A stretch of DNA of 64,000 nt, from NCBI RefSeq assembly GCF_964355755.1, contig NC_092673.1, positions 25,107,648 through 25,171,647 on the forward strand. Reading direction: 5' to 3'. Position 1 is the stretch's first letter, and every line of letters starts with the position of its first letter. Made by a program: the position numbers and the translations under genes. Below the pieces are notes generated by a model. That model made no database searches. It had not been told where the DNA came from and worked only from the letters and a program-made list of their open reading frames with translations. Positions 1-13,156 of the stretch are shown here, piece by piece. This stretch comes from Antedon mediterranea (taxonomy: Eukaryota > Animalia > Echinodermata).

Positions 1-502
1 TGGTGACAAGAACGCTAGTTGGTCATACTCAGTACCGTTTTGATTTTACGATCATTCGGGAAATCGCCTCAAAACGGGGAAAAGCAATAGATTTGAAAAG
101 AATAGAAAATGCTGCAATCCTTTCGAAGTTAACTTCGACACAACTCTATGACGTAGACATTTAGTTGACTAATCACCACTAGCTACATCTCAGGTGGTAC
201 AATGAATCGCACAATAAATTCTAAACCGCCCGGTGAAATACTGATATATGTATAATTATATAAATCCAAAGGCAAATTACTGAAAAAATGTCAGTGGCTG
301 GATCTCAACAGAGATAAAAAAAAAAAAAGCAAAAAGCTAAATCAAAACGATAAAGTAAAACAGCCCTTCATATATATATATATAATATATATATATATAT
401 ATAATATATATGATAAAAAATACTGTCCTTTTTAGACACAATATCAATAGAGAACTACGGTACAATTCGTTCAATACAATTTGTAAATTTCTTTACAGAA
501 CT

Positions 503-2134
503 ATGTCTTGGCTTGGGCTTACCATGTTCGCTATTTTAGCTGTGTCAGCCGTAAGAGGCAGAGCAGTGAAGAGTAAATCCGAAAGTAGACCTGATATCAG
601 CTTGAGTGAAAAAGAACATCCACTGGTTAATTTCCCTCCTCGGCAAATAATTGATTCTGAAGCCGAAAGCAGCTTGAGTGAAAAAGAACAGCCATTAGCT
701 GATTTCCCTCCTCGGGAAATAATTGATTCTGAAGCCGAAAGCAGCTTGAGTGAAAAAGAACATCCACTGGTTAATTTCCCTCCTCGGCAAATAATTGATT
801 CTGAAGCCGAAAGCAGCTTGAGTGAAAAAGAACAGCCATTAGCTGATTTCCCTCCTCGGGAAATAATTGATTCTGAAGCAGCCGAAAGCAGCTTGAGTGA
901 AAAAGAACGGCCATTAGCTGATTTCCCTCCTCGGGAAATAATTGATTCTGAAGCCGAAAGCAGCTTGAGTGAAAAAGAACATCCACTGGTTAATTTCCCT
1001 CCTCGGCAAATAATTGATTCTGAAGCCGAAAGCAGCTTGAGTGAAAAAGAACAGCCATTAGCTGATTTCCCTCCTCGGGAAATAATTGATTCTGAAGCCG
1101 AAAGCAGCTTGAGTGAAAAAGAAAAGCCACTAGGTGATTTCCCTCCTCAGGAAATAATTGATTCTGAAGCTGAAAGCAGCTTGAGTGAAAACGAAGAGCC
1201 ATTAGCTGATTTCCCTCCTCAGGAAATAATTGATTCTGAAGCAGCCGAAAGCAGCTTGAGTGAAAAAGAACGGCCATTAGCTGATTTCCCTCCTCGGGAA
1301 ATAATTGATTCTGAAGCCGAAAGCAGCTTGAGTGAAAATGAAAAGCCACTAGCTGATTTCCCTCCTCGGGAAATAATTGATTCTCAAGCCGAAAGCAGCT
1401 TGAGTGAAAAAGAACAGTCACTAGCTGATTTCCCTCCTCGAGAAATAATTGATTCTGAAGCCGAAAGCAGCTTGAGTGAAAATGAAAAGCCACTAGCTGA
1501 TTTCCCTCCTCGGGAAATAATTAATTCTGAAGCCGAAAGCAGCTTGAGTGAAAAAGAACGGCCATTAGCTGATTTCCCTCCTCGGGAAATAATTGATTCT
1601 GAAGCCGAAAGCAGCTTTAGTGAAAAAGAACAACCATTAGCTGATTTCCCTCCTCGGGAAATAATTGATTCTGAAGCCGAAAGCAGCTTGAGTGAAAAAG
1701 AACAACCATTAGCTGATTTCCCTCCTCGGGAAATAATTGATTCTGAAGCCGAAAGCAGCTTGAGTGAAAAAGAACAGCCACTAACTGATTTCCCTCCTCA
1801 GGAAATAATTGATTCTGAAGCAGCCGAAAGCAGCTTGAGTGAAAAAGAACGGCCATTAGCTGATTTCCCTCCTCGAGAAATAATTGATTCTGAAGCCGAA
1901 AGCAGCTTGAGTGAAAATGAAAAGCCACTAGCTGATTTCCCTCCTCGGGAAATAATTGATTCTGAAGCCGAAAGCAGCTTGAGTGAAAAAGAACAGTCAC
2001 TAGCTGATTTCCCTCCTCGGGAAATAATTGATTCTGAAGCCGAAAGCAGCTTGAGTGAAAATGAAAAGCCACTAGCTGATTTCCCTCCTCGGGAAATAAT
2101 TGATTCTAAAGTCGAAAGCAGCTTGAGTGATTAA
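503..2134 (+). CDS. Secreted acidic tandem-repeat protein (signal peptide + 21 x 24-aa SLSEKEQPLADFPPREIIDSEAES)
   Basis: ATG at 503 follows the splice acceptor ttctttacag|aact. MSWLGLTMFAILAVSAVRG is a hydrophobic signal peptide. A 72-bp repeat (75 bp in AAE variants) stays in frame. The N-terminus is homologous to the 24553 gene. Confidence 0.8.
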   Translation: MSWLGLTMFAILAVSAVRGRAVKSKSESRPDISLSEKEHPLVNFPPRQIIDSEAESSLSEKEQPLADFPPREIIDSEAESSLSEKEHPLVNFPPRQIIDSEAESSLSEKEQPLADFPPREIIDSEAAESSLSEKERPLADFPPREIIDSEAESSLSEKEHPLVNFPPRQIIDSEAESSLSEKEQPLADFPPREIIDSEAESSLSEKEKPLGDFPPQEIIDSEAESSLSENEEPLADFPPQEIIDSEAAESSLSEKERPLADFPPREIIDSEAESSLSENEKPLADFPPREIIDSQAESSLSEKEQSLADFPPREIIDSEAESSLSENEKPLADFPPREIINSEAESSLSEKERPLADFPPREIIDSEAESSFSEKEQPLADFPPREIIDSEAESSLSEKEQPLADFPPREIIDSEAESSLSEKEQPLTDFPPQEIIDSEAAESSLSEKERPLADFPPREIIDSEAESSLSENEKPLADFPPREIIDSEAESSLSEKEQSLADFPPREIIDSEAESSLSENEKPLADFPPREIIDSKVESSLSD

Positions 2135-2254
2135 GAACAGCCACTGGCTGATTTCCCTCCTCGAGAAATAATTGATTCTGAAGCCGAAAGCAGCTTGAGT
2201 GAAAAAGAACAGCCACTAGCTGATTCCCCTCCTCGGGAAATAATTGATTCTGAA
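599..2254 (+). repeat. 72-bp coding tandem repeat, 23 units (21 inside the ORF, 2 after the TAA)
   Basis: agcttgagtgaaaaagaac recurs at 599, 671, 743 etc. I counted 21 FPP motifs in the ORF, and two more units lie at 2135-2254. Confidence 0.95.
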
Positions 2255-2399
2255 CATACAAAATAGCGCAATAGTATTATACTATTATTACTATACTATT
2301 ATTATGTTCGAGGGAATATATTTCCCTAAGCGCTAGCTAAGGGAAATATATTTCTCGAGAACATAATATTTATTTATTTATATATTTATTAATATTAAA

Positions 2400-3570
2400 A
2401 TTATAAACTGGAAATTAAATGCTATAAAAGAAATGAGATCTGTATCTAGCTTTAAATGACATACTCGTGGGTAAATGTTTTATATCTGCTGGCAAGTCAT
2501 TCCATATTTTTCCGCCTGCAACTAAAAAAGACGAATCTATTTTGCTACGGGTATAATCAGGTACAGTATAACAATAATATTTAAGTTGTCTACTCCACGC
2601 GTTGAATGGGTGTGTACATTCCCAATTAGTTCAATTTCATTTGTCAAGACCGTGGATACATTTATACATTAGACTAGCTAGATAAAAATCTCTTCTCTCT
2701 TCAAATGTTTTCCAGGAAAGATCCTGAATTATGTCATCACCCTTCACGTCAACAAAATAAAAATTGTGGGTAACAAAGCGAGCCGCTCTTCTTCTTCGCT
2801 CAGAGGTATTTCCCCAAACAGTTATCGCATAGTCACTACAAGGTTGTATGGTACTCAAAAACAACGTTTCTAATAATGATTTATTTAGACATCCCGCCAT
2901 TTTACTCAACATTTTAAGTTTATACCCAATATTGTTACTGATAGACTGGGTAGGCCCTATTCTGTTTCCACGTTAACATTTCAGCAATAATAACTCCCAG
3001 ATATCTTATACTATCAACTTGTTCAATTTTGGTAGACCCAATTTTAATATCCAGTTGGTTATTATCTACTAAACGACTGTTTCTGAGTAACATGACCTTA
3101 GTTTTGTCTGTATTGATTGAGAGGTGGTTTCTATTATACCATTCAATAACATTATTCAAGATTATTTGTAGAGAATCGTTTACAGACTTTACAGAAGTTC
3201 CATTTATACAGACTGCGAAATATCATTAATAAATAGAAGAAAAAGAATGGGCCCAAGGACACTTCCTTCCTTGCGGAAAACCAATGTTATTATCTCTCAG
3301 TTTAGATTTTCTATTGTTGCAGTATAAAAACTGTTTTCTTTTTTTCAGATAATTTACAAACCAAAAAACATTTTCACTGAAACCGTATTTATCAAGTTTA
3401 TAATATATAAGATCGATCGTATCAAGACAAAACATTTAGATATATATCCAAGAAACAAGCGCCGATCAGTTCAGAATCATTAAAACTTTCCAAACAATTA
3501 TCAACCACTCTGTGTAAGCACGTTACAGTGGAATGGTTTTTTTAAAAACGCAAATTGGTCCACATTAATA
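2400..3570 (-). mobile_element. Degenerate LINE (CR1/L2-like) reverse transcriptase 3' fragment
   Basis: Minus-strand ORF pieces with GFPQG, WYNRNHLSINTDKTKVM, YLGVII and DYAITVWGN...RRAAR motifs typical of non-LTR RT C-termini. Multiple frameshifts. Confidence 0.85.
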
Positions 3571-6500
3571 TCATAATATCATTCCCGAGTGGATGTCAAA
3601 TCTTATATTTTACCGATATAAAAGGTGATATCTGTTCATATTACATAGCCAACAACAAGTTGAACATCTACTGCTGGGTCGAGTGTAGCTAGGCTAGTCC
3701 AGAGCCATATATATAAAGAGTTACGACATTGGATTATAGTCACGTGATATGCAGATTAAATTGTGTCAAACTTGTCTCCATTAACGCATCAAAAGCAACA
3801 AAATACTTTCATGTTTTTCTTATATTAAAAAAAATATAATTACACATTTTACAGTGAAATATCGACGTGTACAGCGTACAGAAGTACTTGCGCCAAAGAA
3901 TATTTCGCGCGCGTGCGCTAGTACATTATAACGTTCGATTGATTGATTTTGGAACAAAACATCCCATAACTACGTCCCATTAATAAAAATTATATAATAT
4001 TTTCAATTCATAGAGCATGCTTTGATGACTAAATAAAATAATAAAGTGTCGTGGATATATTTGTTAATATACTGAAAAGGGTATGAACAATATTTAAATA
4101 ATAAAGGCAAATTATTACAAATGAAATGATGAACGAGTCTCTGAATGGTAATAAGCATGGCGGCGCAGTTTGTGTAAAAAACACACAAAAAGCCATATAC
4201 TGCATAAAAAGAGAGGTGAATTTGTGTGTTTTTTGTATTGGTTCATTCTTTGATGTATCCTAACTTCCATGTAGGGCCTAGCATTTATTTTTTTGTTATT
4301 ATAAAAAATATATATATATTTTAACAAATCAATACCATTAATAAAATTAATTACTAAAATAAAAACGGAGGCTCATTGCCTCGTTGAAATATAACCTTTC
4401 ATCATTCACCAAGTGCCATTATTTGTACCATTACACTCATAAACATTATTTGTATAATATTACATAGCCTATGAAAATACGTGAACGTGATTGGGTAAAA
4501 CTGCATCACATGACTACCACTGCGAGGATCGTAAATCGTATATTATATACTCGAGTACGATGATATTGACTGAGTAATTTTCAATACATTCAATGTCATT
4601 AAACATATAAAATCCAGCTAATTGTGGAGTACGATGATATTGACTGTGTAATTTTCGTATGGCAACACTCGCGTTTGGCGATAAATAAACACAAGTCATC
4701 TACTGGGACTTGACTCGCGATGATGTGTCATACCATTACAAGTACGTTTCATTCGTTGCGCCACGCAACTTGGAGAAATTAATAAACTAAACTATTTAAA
4801 CTATGCATACATAGCGCCCTCATTTGTTATTAGTCCTCCCTAGATGTGATGAAAGACATATAAAGAGTTACGACATTGAAAATTAGAAGCCATTTTTGTG
4901 TCAAATAATTCGAACGCTTTTGTATAGCGTTTTCCTATAGTTCATGCACTATTTTTGGATTTTGTTGTCTATGAAATAACGCTTTACAAAACATTCATTA
5001 TTTGTTTTATATAACGTCTAAATAAATTCCTGTCATTTGAATCAAATAAATAAGGTAGCTCTACCCTAGCCAAGGCCTGGCCTATACTACATTTCATTCA
5101 CATTGATTAAAAACAGTATGAGTAACATTTTGATTTTTAATAATTTTATATTAAATCGTATCCGGATATTCACCCCCTGGACATTTACCCCCCGGAAAAC
5201 TACCCCCCCGGACAACAACCACCTGGACCACTACCCCCTTAGGACAACTACCTCTTTAGGACAACTACCCCCCGGACAAATACCCCCCGGACAACCGCCT
5301 TAGGACAACAACCCCCTTAGGACAACTACCCCCTGGACAACTATCCCCCGGACAATTACCCCCTAGGAACAATTACCCCCCGGACAATTACCCCCCCCCC
5401 CCGGGTAATTACCCCGCGGACAACTACCTCTGACACAATACTCCCCGTAGGACAACTACTTCCTGGACAATACTCTGAGGGCAATTACTCTTTTAGGACA
5501 ACTACCTCCGTAGGACAACTAGCCCCTGGACAACTAACACCCAGAAAACTATCCCTTTAGAACAACTATCCCCCGGACGGACAACTACCACCCAGACCAT
5601 TCAACAACCTGACTCTGCAACAGTGTATAATAGGAATTAATAACTATATTTTAATTCGTTACTTTGACGAATTACTATTCATTATTGTAAACAAAAGTAA
5701 AAGATTGAACATAAATATAGCCTGGTATAAACTGAAGATTGTCACACATGATCATAGGATAGTCGAACGTATTATATAGTACTCCCTGTATTTACTGTAA
5801 AGACTGGGTTCGCTAATAATAATAATAATGTTTGCGTCAGGACAATGCTTCGATAACCACTGGTCTTAAAATAATTAATGTTTGTCTCAAATTTGTCATA
5901 TATGTATTTTTGTACACTTGAAGAATAATATCACTTTTGATATTTGACCTCAATGTTCACTCACCGAATAAAGGGCGATCTTTAAATAAATTCCCCTCAA
6001 ATAAACGGTGACCATGTCACTCCCATGAAACATCATATGGAATAATCGGCGTCTATTTCCATTAGATTATACCCCCTCCCATTGAATAAACAACTTTCTT
6101 CCAATAAATGTCCACCTAAAAACCACCATCAAACGTTGAGGGCGTACATGTTGAACGACGCTTTTTAAAATCGGCAATAAATTGTATGTTTAAAAGTCAC
6201 AAAATCGATTGTGTCTTACTTATTGCTAAACTGAGCCCTGCATATTGTTTGATTTGAACTTTCAAGCTTACTAACATACCACCTGAAATAAGTCAAATCG
6301 TAAGTTAAGGTGTGTTTTTCAACAAACTTGTCTGACTAGGCCTCACAACGCTACGTTTAACGTTTGATAGCGTGCCTATCAACCGTATCCAAGGACGCTA
6401 CCGGTATCCAAGCTGATTACGAAACACACACCTGGGCCTATCTTTTTGATCTTTATTTTGATCTGATCTTTGATTTGATCTTTGATTTGATCTTCGTTTT

Positions 6501-7316
6501 GATCTTTGATTTGATCTCTGATTGATCTCTGACGAAAGTTTCACCTACACAATTGAGGCCGATAGCAAAAATAGACGACGGCATACTAAGGGTCTACATT
6601 TATTCCACATTTTACATACAAACAGAAATCAAAATACACGCCCCTAGAAACGAAATAGACATGGTTATTATAATCAACAAGCAAGAAATGACAGTTACCA
6701 ACACTTTAGTTATGGCTGCTCCAAAGAGTCAAACTATATTATGTATGAACCATGCTGGAAATGTGGACTAAACAACCATCAAGCTTACGAATGCTACTAT
6801 CAAGAACAGTTAACATGTAAATCATGTGGTCAATATGGTCATAAAGCAAGATATTGTGGTAATCTATATATAAATTTACGTAAGGGCAAAATTCGGTAAA
6901 TCGCGCCTTACTTCTAGAATTTTTACTCGATGGTATATAAAGTTGGTTCGTACTTTCGGTACTGATTTTAACCACCTGATGTAACCCTGTTTACTAATTA
7001 AATTAAGTTAGATAATTAGTTATTGACGATTAAAACGAATTTAGGTTCAACGATTTGCCCCAAATAGGGGTGTTTTCCGATCGTGGTATACACTGTCTAA
7101 TGGATGTCCATCTTGAAAAATACCCGCCACAAAAATGCGAGGAGGCTTCGCATTTTCCTATCTCCTCCTACGATAATTGTTTTTAATAGCTGAAAACCGG
7201 TTGAACAGTTCGAGTACAGCATCATAATGTTGAAGACAGGCCGATTTTCTTTAAAAAATACTATTTTGATACATTTAATATACGTTTTTACAAATGTATT
7301 GATTTGTGATGAATGG

Positions 7317-7890
7317 AACATTCCAAATTATTTGGTTTAACCATACAGGTATAGATTTAGATTTATGGGCCCCCTTGGAGAATAAACATAAATAGTATTG
7401 CAATGCTGTACCAGGGAGTTCCCTGGCTGTACAATACTGTTAAGGTATTTTAATGGTTAAAACCACTTTTGATCGCAATTTGAATCGCAAATTTCTTACT
7501 GTGAGTGTTGGTACTGTTAGATGTAATATAAAAATATATACAAATAAACTTTATTACTGTGAGTGTGGGTAGGCCCTACTGTTAGATTATAAACATATAA
7601 TATACAAATAAACATTCCAAATTATTTGGTTTAACCATAAAGGTATAGATTTAGATTTATGGGCCCCCTTGGAGAATAAACATAAATAGTATTGCAATGC
7701 TGTACAATACTGTTAAGGTATTAACCACTTTTGATCGCAATTTGAATCGCAAATTTCTTACTGTGAGTGTTGGTACTGTTAGATGTAATATAAAAATATA
7801 TACAAATAAACTTTATTACTGTGAGTGTGGGTAGGCCCTACTGTTAGATTATAAACATATAATATACAAATAAATAAACGTTATTACTGA
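7317..7890. repeat. Tandem duplication, ~294-bp unit, 2 copies
   Basis: aacattccaaattatttggtttaaccata starts at ~7317 and ~7611, with near-identical downstream sequence. Confidence 0.9.
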
Positions 7891-8479
7891 CAGTTGCTTC
7901 TCAACGTTTGTATTAATTAATAATTTAAAAATATATAAACGTCGTAGTGGTGTATCGTTACATGTACTTTACTATTTCAATCGACTATGACAGTGAGAGT
8001 TTTAACAAAGTACCGTATTAAATCGTAAATGTTTTACTGTATTTAGTGGTATATTATTTATAGGCCTATAAAACATTAAAAACAATATTTCGTTACTGAG
8101 TGGATAAGAATATATTTTAAAATGTTTCCTCTTTGTACCTATCTTCTTCCCCCATCCCTCAACCCTTAATGTTACATACAAAACACAAATTGGGTTTGTT
8201 TAAATGAGTCCAAATAAAAAAATTTGACTCATTTTGTTTCTCTCTCGGAAGTAATTCCCAGGGTGCTAATTTTGGTTGACTACATAAATCATTGTGTATA
8301 TTTATTCGTTTCTGTAAACGACAATGTATTATAGTCCTGCGGTACGTACATTTGAAATCTCCATTTTTTTCTCGCTGGAAATACTGTGTATTCGAGAACC
8401 ATCTGTGGGCACGACCTAGATGGTACGCGAGCGAAGCGAGCGTGCCATCTAGTGTACATAATTATGATCATTATTATTA

Positions 8480-11400
8480 CGAACGAAAAAATTGACCAAA
8501 GAGTCTAAGAAGTACATTAAAGTCACAGTCCGAAAAAGAGACTAACAATACTACTGAATGTTCCCAGGCCATAGATGATGTATTAATTAATGATAACCAC
8601 TCATATGTAATAAATGATAGGAATAATACAATAACAGATATAAACCAAATAGTAAAAAAAGATACTCATATATTTGAGGAACTAAATCAAAGGGTTTTAT
8701 ATTTGCACATTTAAATATACGTAGCCTAGACTTACATTTTGATGAATTGCAACGTATTCTAAAATAACAACAATTTCAATGTTTTTGGCTTAAGAGAAAC
8801 ATTTCTAGATAATACATTTATTGATGAAGATTTTCATGTTGACAATTATATATTACACAGACTAGATAGACGTAAAACTAAAAAAGGTGGTGGTGTAGCA
8901 CTCTATATAAACCTAAAAACCAACCACAAAATTAGGAATGATCTAATGTGTAATGAACTCGAACTCCTATCTATTGAAATAGTACGTGATAAATGTAAAA
9001 ATCTAATTGTTCTATTGTGGTATAGACCTCCAAATACTACAGCAGTTCTTTTTGAATATTTACAAAATATATTTCAAAAGATTGAACTGGAACACAAAGA
9101 TATTATGATGATGGGAGATTTAAACTGTGACGTTATGTCTGACAATCCACATTGCTACACAAAGAAACTAATTGAATTAAGTGAAAATTTTAATCTAAAA
9201 CAGATCATTGAAGAACCAACACGTATAGAAAAACATTCCTCAACATTAATAGATGTTATGTATTTCTCAAATGTTTCTAAAATATTAAAGTCTGGAGTTA
9301 TCCACGTCGGCTTAAGTGACCACTCAATGCCAATAGGGAAAGGGGCGAAAAATAATAAAGATTCCAATAAAACAAATAAAATTATTAAACAGGATCATAA
9401 TTATAAAATGACACGAAACTTTAAAAATTTAATGAAGACAGTTTTTTAAACGATTTATTAATGGTAAATTGGAATGGTATTACCGCCAGTGGCGACGTAA
9501 GTCAGAGTGCCAACAAACTTCTCGAAACTACACTAACCAACATCTTAGATAAACATGCTCCTTGGAAGAAACACAGGGTACGTAAAAAAAACAGCTCCTT
9601 GGCTCTCTGATGATGTAATTGAAAATATGAGAGAAAGAGATAAACTCAAAAGAGAATGTAAACATTCTAAAAATGAATCACTCTGGAAAAGGTACAGAAA
9701 GTATAGAAATATGTGCAATAAATTAATACGTAAAAGTAAAGCTAATTTTATTCAAGAAAGTATAAAAGAAAATAAAAACGATGTAAAAAAAACATGGGAT
9801 ACCATAAGATATATTATATCGTCAAAAAAGAAAACTAAAACTATTCAAACAATTTGCAATGATAATGGCGATGTCCTCTATAAAGCCAAGGACATCGCAA
9901 ATGAAATTAATACATTTTTCTCAAATATAGGTTCAAATCTTGCATCACAAATACATGAGCCGATAAATGATATAAATTATGATGAAATCGATGCTTTCAC
10001 CGAAAATAATTTTGAATTCGAACACATCACATGTGAATTTGTATATAAATACTTAAGTAATCTTTCAAAAAACAAAGCCACTGGTCATGATAACTTACCA
10101 CCGAGCATTCTAAAACTGTCTGCCCCGATTATATCCCCAACAATTACAAGAATCATAAATCATTCCTTCACAACATGTAAATTCCCAAATACGTGGAAAA
10201 TAGCAAAGGTCACGCCAATTTTTAAGAATGGTGAAAAAACTAACCCTAATAATTATCGTCCCATTTCCGTCCTACCTATACTTTCAAAAATAATTGAACG
10301 AGTCGTTTTTAATAATAATAATCTGTTATGTATAAATCAATCAGGTTTTCAACCATCATACTCAACATCTACTGCACTTACAAAAGTGACGGAAGACTGG
10401 TATAGTGCAATAGACGAGGGTAAGCTGGTCGGAATCTGTTTACTAGATTTTAAAAAGGCCTTTGATACGGTAAACCATAACATACTATTAAGCAAATTGA
10501 GACTTTATGGTTTAAGTAAATATGTTTTAAAATGGTTCGAGAGCTATCTGTCTGAGCAAAAGCAATTCACAAATGTAAATAATACATTGTCTGACTATAC
10601 ACACATCCAATGTGGAGTGCCTCAGGGGTCAATCGTGGGCCCACTAAATTTATTGTTCTTCAAAAAATGAAAATGAAATATACCAAAGTATAAATGAAGA
10701 ACTTATACAAATCGACGATTGGCTAAAAAATAATAAATTGAGTCTAAATGTCTCTAAATCAGAGTTCATGTTGATCGGATCGACAAACCGATTGGCAACC
10801 ACCAAAGAAAACAAGGCCAACAGCCATTAAGTCGCGTGCTACAATGCATAGTGATACCGGACCGACAGACAGACAGACAGAGAGACCGACTGACCGACAT
10901 AGTGAACTATACTGACCGAAATTACTGAACATGTTTAAAAATGTTGAAATGTTTAAAAACATTTATTTTTTTTTAATTTACACGTGCGTAGCCTGTCACT
11001 TTCGACGTGCTCGTATAACGTAATTTCGAGTTGAAAAGTAAGTCAAGAAAACAGAAATCGGGCAAAAAGAGTGCGCAATAACATTTAACGCGCAGTGCGC
11101 GCGCAAAATATGCGCACTCATGGCAATTTTGTAAACGCTTAAAATTGCCTGAAATGTACTCTTATTTCATCGAAAATAAATTTTAAAAATGTTAAGCGCG
11201 CGTACGCATGCGTTACATGCGCTACGCACGTAATTGTATTGCCATATGATGATTTATGCCCTGAATTATGAGTACCAAATTTTATTTAATTGTGATTCAT
11301 GGTTGTGAAGATATGATTACAAACGTGATTTCGTTAAATCGTGCGTAGACCGCGTAATTTTGTATTGCGCACCGTGAAAACGTAACCACATTGATTCCTG

Positions 11401-12610
11401 GCCATAAGGAATATACTGTGAAAAATTGACCTAGCTAGATTAAACTGATATCAAGATAAGGTCAGAAAGCGATAAAACGCATAGTGATACCGGACCGACA
11501 GACAGACAGACAGACCGACAGACAGACAGACAGACCGACCGACCGACATAGTGAACTATAGAGTCGCTTCCACGCGACTAAAAATAGATCAGTTAATATA
11601 GATAACGATGTTGTACCACGCGTTCGATATTGCAAACATCTCGGTATCATAATAGACGAACATTTATCATGGAAAAATCAGATTGAATACATTTGAGGTA
11701 AAGCTCTAAATGGATTGGGTATGCTCAGACGATGTAGCTATTATTTTCCACAAAACATATTGCAAACTCTATTGTAATACCTTACTTGACCTATTGTGAC
11801 ATAATTTGGGGAAATAGTAGTCAAACTCTAATGAAAAGAGTTCAAACTATCCAAAACAGAACAGCTCAAATCGTGTGTGGTCTAACATGGGACACACCTA
11901 GTAGTGAGGCACTAAGACAAATTAATTGGTCACCTTTATTTTATCAAGATAGATATGAATGTTGTATGGTTATATATTAGGTTTTGACAGATAATGCCCC
12001 ACCTTACCTAAATAATGTATTTACATACAATGATATAAATTATAATCTAAGGCACAGTGATACACAGCTATTCATCCCGAAGCCAAAAACCGATTTTAAA
12101 AAACGAAGTCTGTCTTATCGTGGAGCAATTATATGGAATAGTCTCAATGTTGATACCCTTCCAAATTCAGTTAAGTTGTTTAAAACGTATCTGAAAAATG
12201 CATTGTAAAACATAATGGTATGGTAATCTACGATGGTGTACATCCAACTTTTAAAATGGCTAAATACTATGTAAAATGTGTGTTTTATCACTATTATTTT
12301 AAGGTAAATGAAATCAAAAAGATTTATTATGTATTACAGTAGAATCCCCATAAATTATACACTTCGATAAGGGTTTCCGTTTACACGGGAAGTACCGGTA
12401 TGGTGTACCCAAAATAGAGGTGTCAGATGAAGGGGATTCTGCTGTAATTTTGTTTCTTTTCAATTTCAATTTTTTTCGTTTCTGTCGTATTTAGCCTATA
12501 TGGTGTTGATTTTTTTTTTTAATACAGTATCACGAACTTGTGTAAAAACAATCAATATTGATTGAACGAGTTGTACTGCACATCAGTCTCGTGTCTAAAT
12601 AAAGTTTATA
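8480..12610 (+). mobile_element. Degenerate LINE ORF2 (APE endonuclease + RT), CR1/L2-like, interrupted at ~10811-11584
   Basis: Endonuclease motifs HLNIRSL, GGGVALYI, YRPPN, GDLNCD and SDH. RT motifs YRPISVLP, LDFKKAFDTV and GVPQGS. C-terminal YCDIIWGN...YRGAIIWNSL. Frameshifted, and the YADD region appears deleted. Confidence 0.92.
10811..11584 (+). mobile_element. Helentron-associated (DINE-1/HINE-like) non-autonomous element inserted in the LINE
   Basis: Subterminal inverted repeat agtcgcgtg (10830) / cacgcgact (11571), 3' hairpin agtcgc-ttccac-gcgact, (GACA)n/(GACC)n microsatellites, A-rich insertion site with no clear TSD. Confidence 0.65.
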
Positions 12611-12721
12611 TATATACCTAAACAATAAACAGCCCAGGCCGTTTTTTCAATAAGTACGGTACTTTAAATCTAGCACATCTAGGGTCTAGCGTGCTGTTAA
12701 ACAGAATAATCGGTTAAAAAC

Positions 12722-13156
12722 GGGTGTTTCGAAACTAGAGACCCGAGACCAGAGACCCAATACGAAAAGGGAGACCTAAATATACGAAAAGGGAGACCCA
12801 CGTACGAAAAGGGAGACCCCAATATACGAAAAGAGATTCCCCACTATACGAAAAGGGAGACCCTAATATACGAAAAGGGAGACCTAAATATACGAAAAGG
12901 GAGACCCAAATATACGAAAAGGAAGACCCAAATATACGAAAAGGGAGACCCAAATATACAAAATGGGAGACCCAAATATACGAAAAGGGAGATCCACTAT
13001 AAGAAAAGGGAAACCCCACTATACGAAAAGAGAGACCACACTATACGAAAAGGGAGACCCTAATATACGAAAAGGGAGACCCAAATATAGGTCTCCCTTT
13101 TCGTATTGGGTCTCGTGTCAGGTCTCTGGTCTCGGGTCTCTAGTTTCGAAACACCC
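12722..13156. mobile_element. Mutator-like MITE with internal ~22-bp tandem array, 9-bp TSD GTTAAAAAC
   Basis: TIR gggtgtttcgaaactagagacccgagaccagagacc at both ends. GTTAAAAAC at 12713-12721 and 13157-13165. Internal atatacgaaaagggagacccaa repeats. Confidence 0.9.

Noticed and set aside
410-502. N-terminal extension of the 574-aa ORF (and similarly 44505-44564)
   Set aside because: It lies upstream of a splice acceptor in intron-like sequence. The signal peptides start at 503 and 44565.
771-2072. Minus-strand repetitive ORFs (FHSSCFRLQNQLF...)
   Set aside because: Shadows of the 72-bp coding array, broken by stops.
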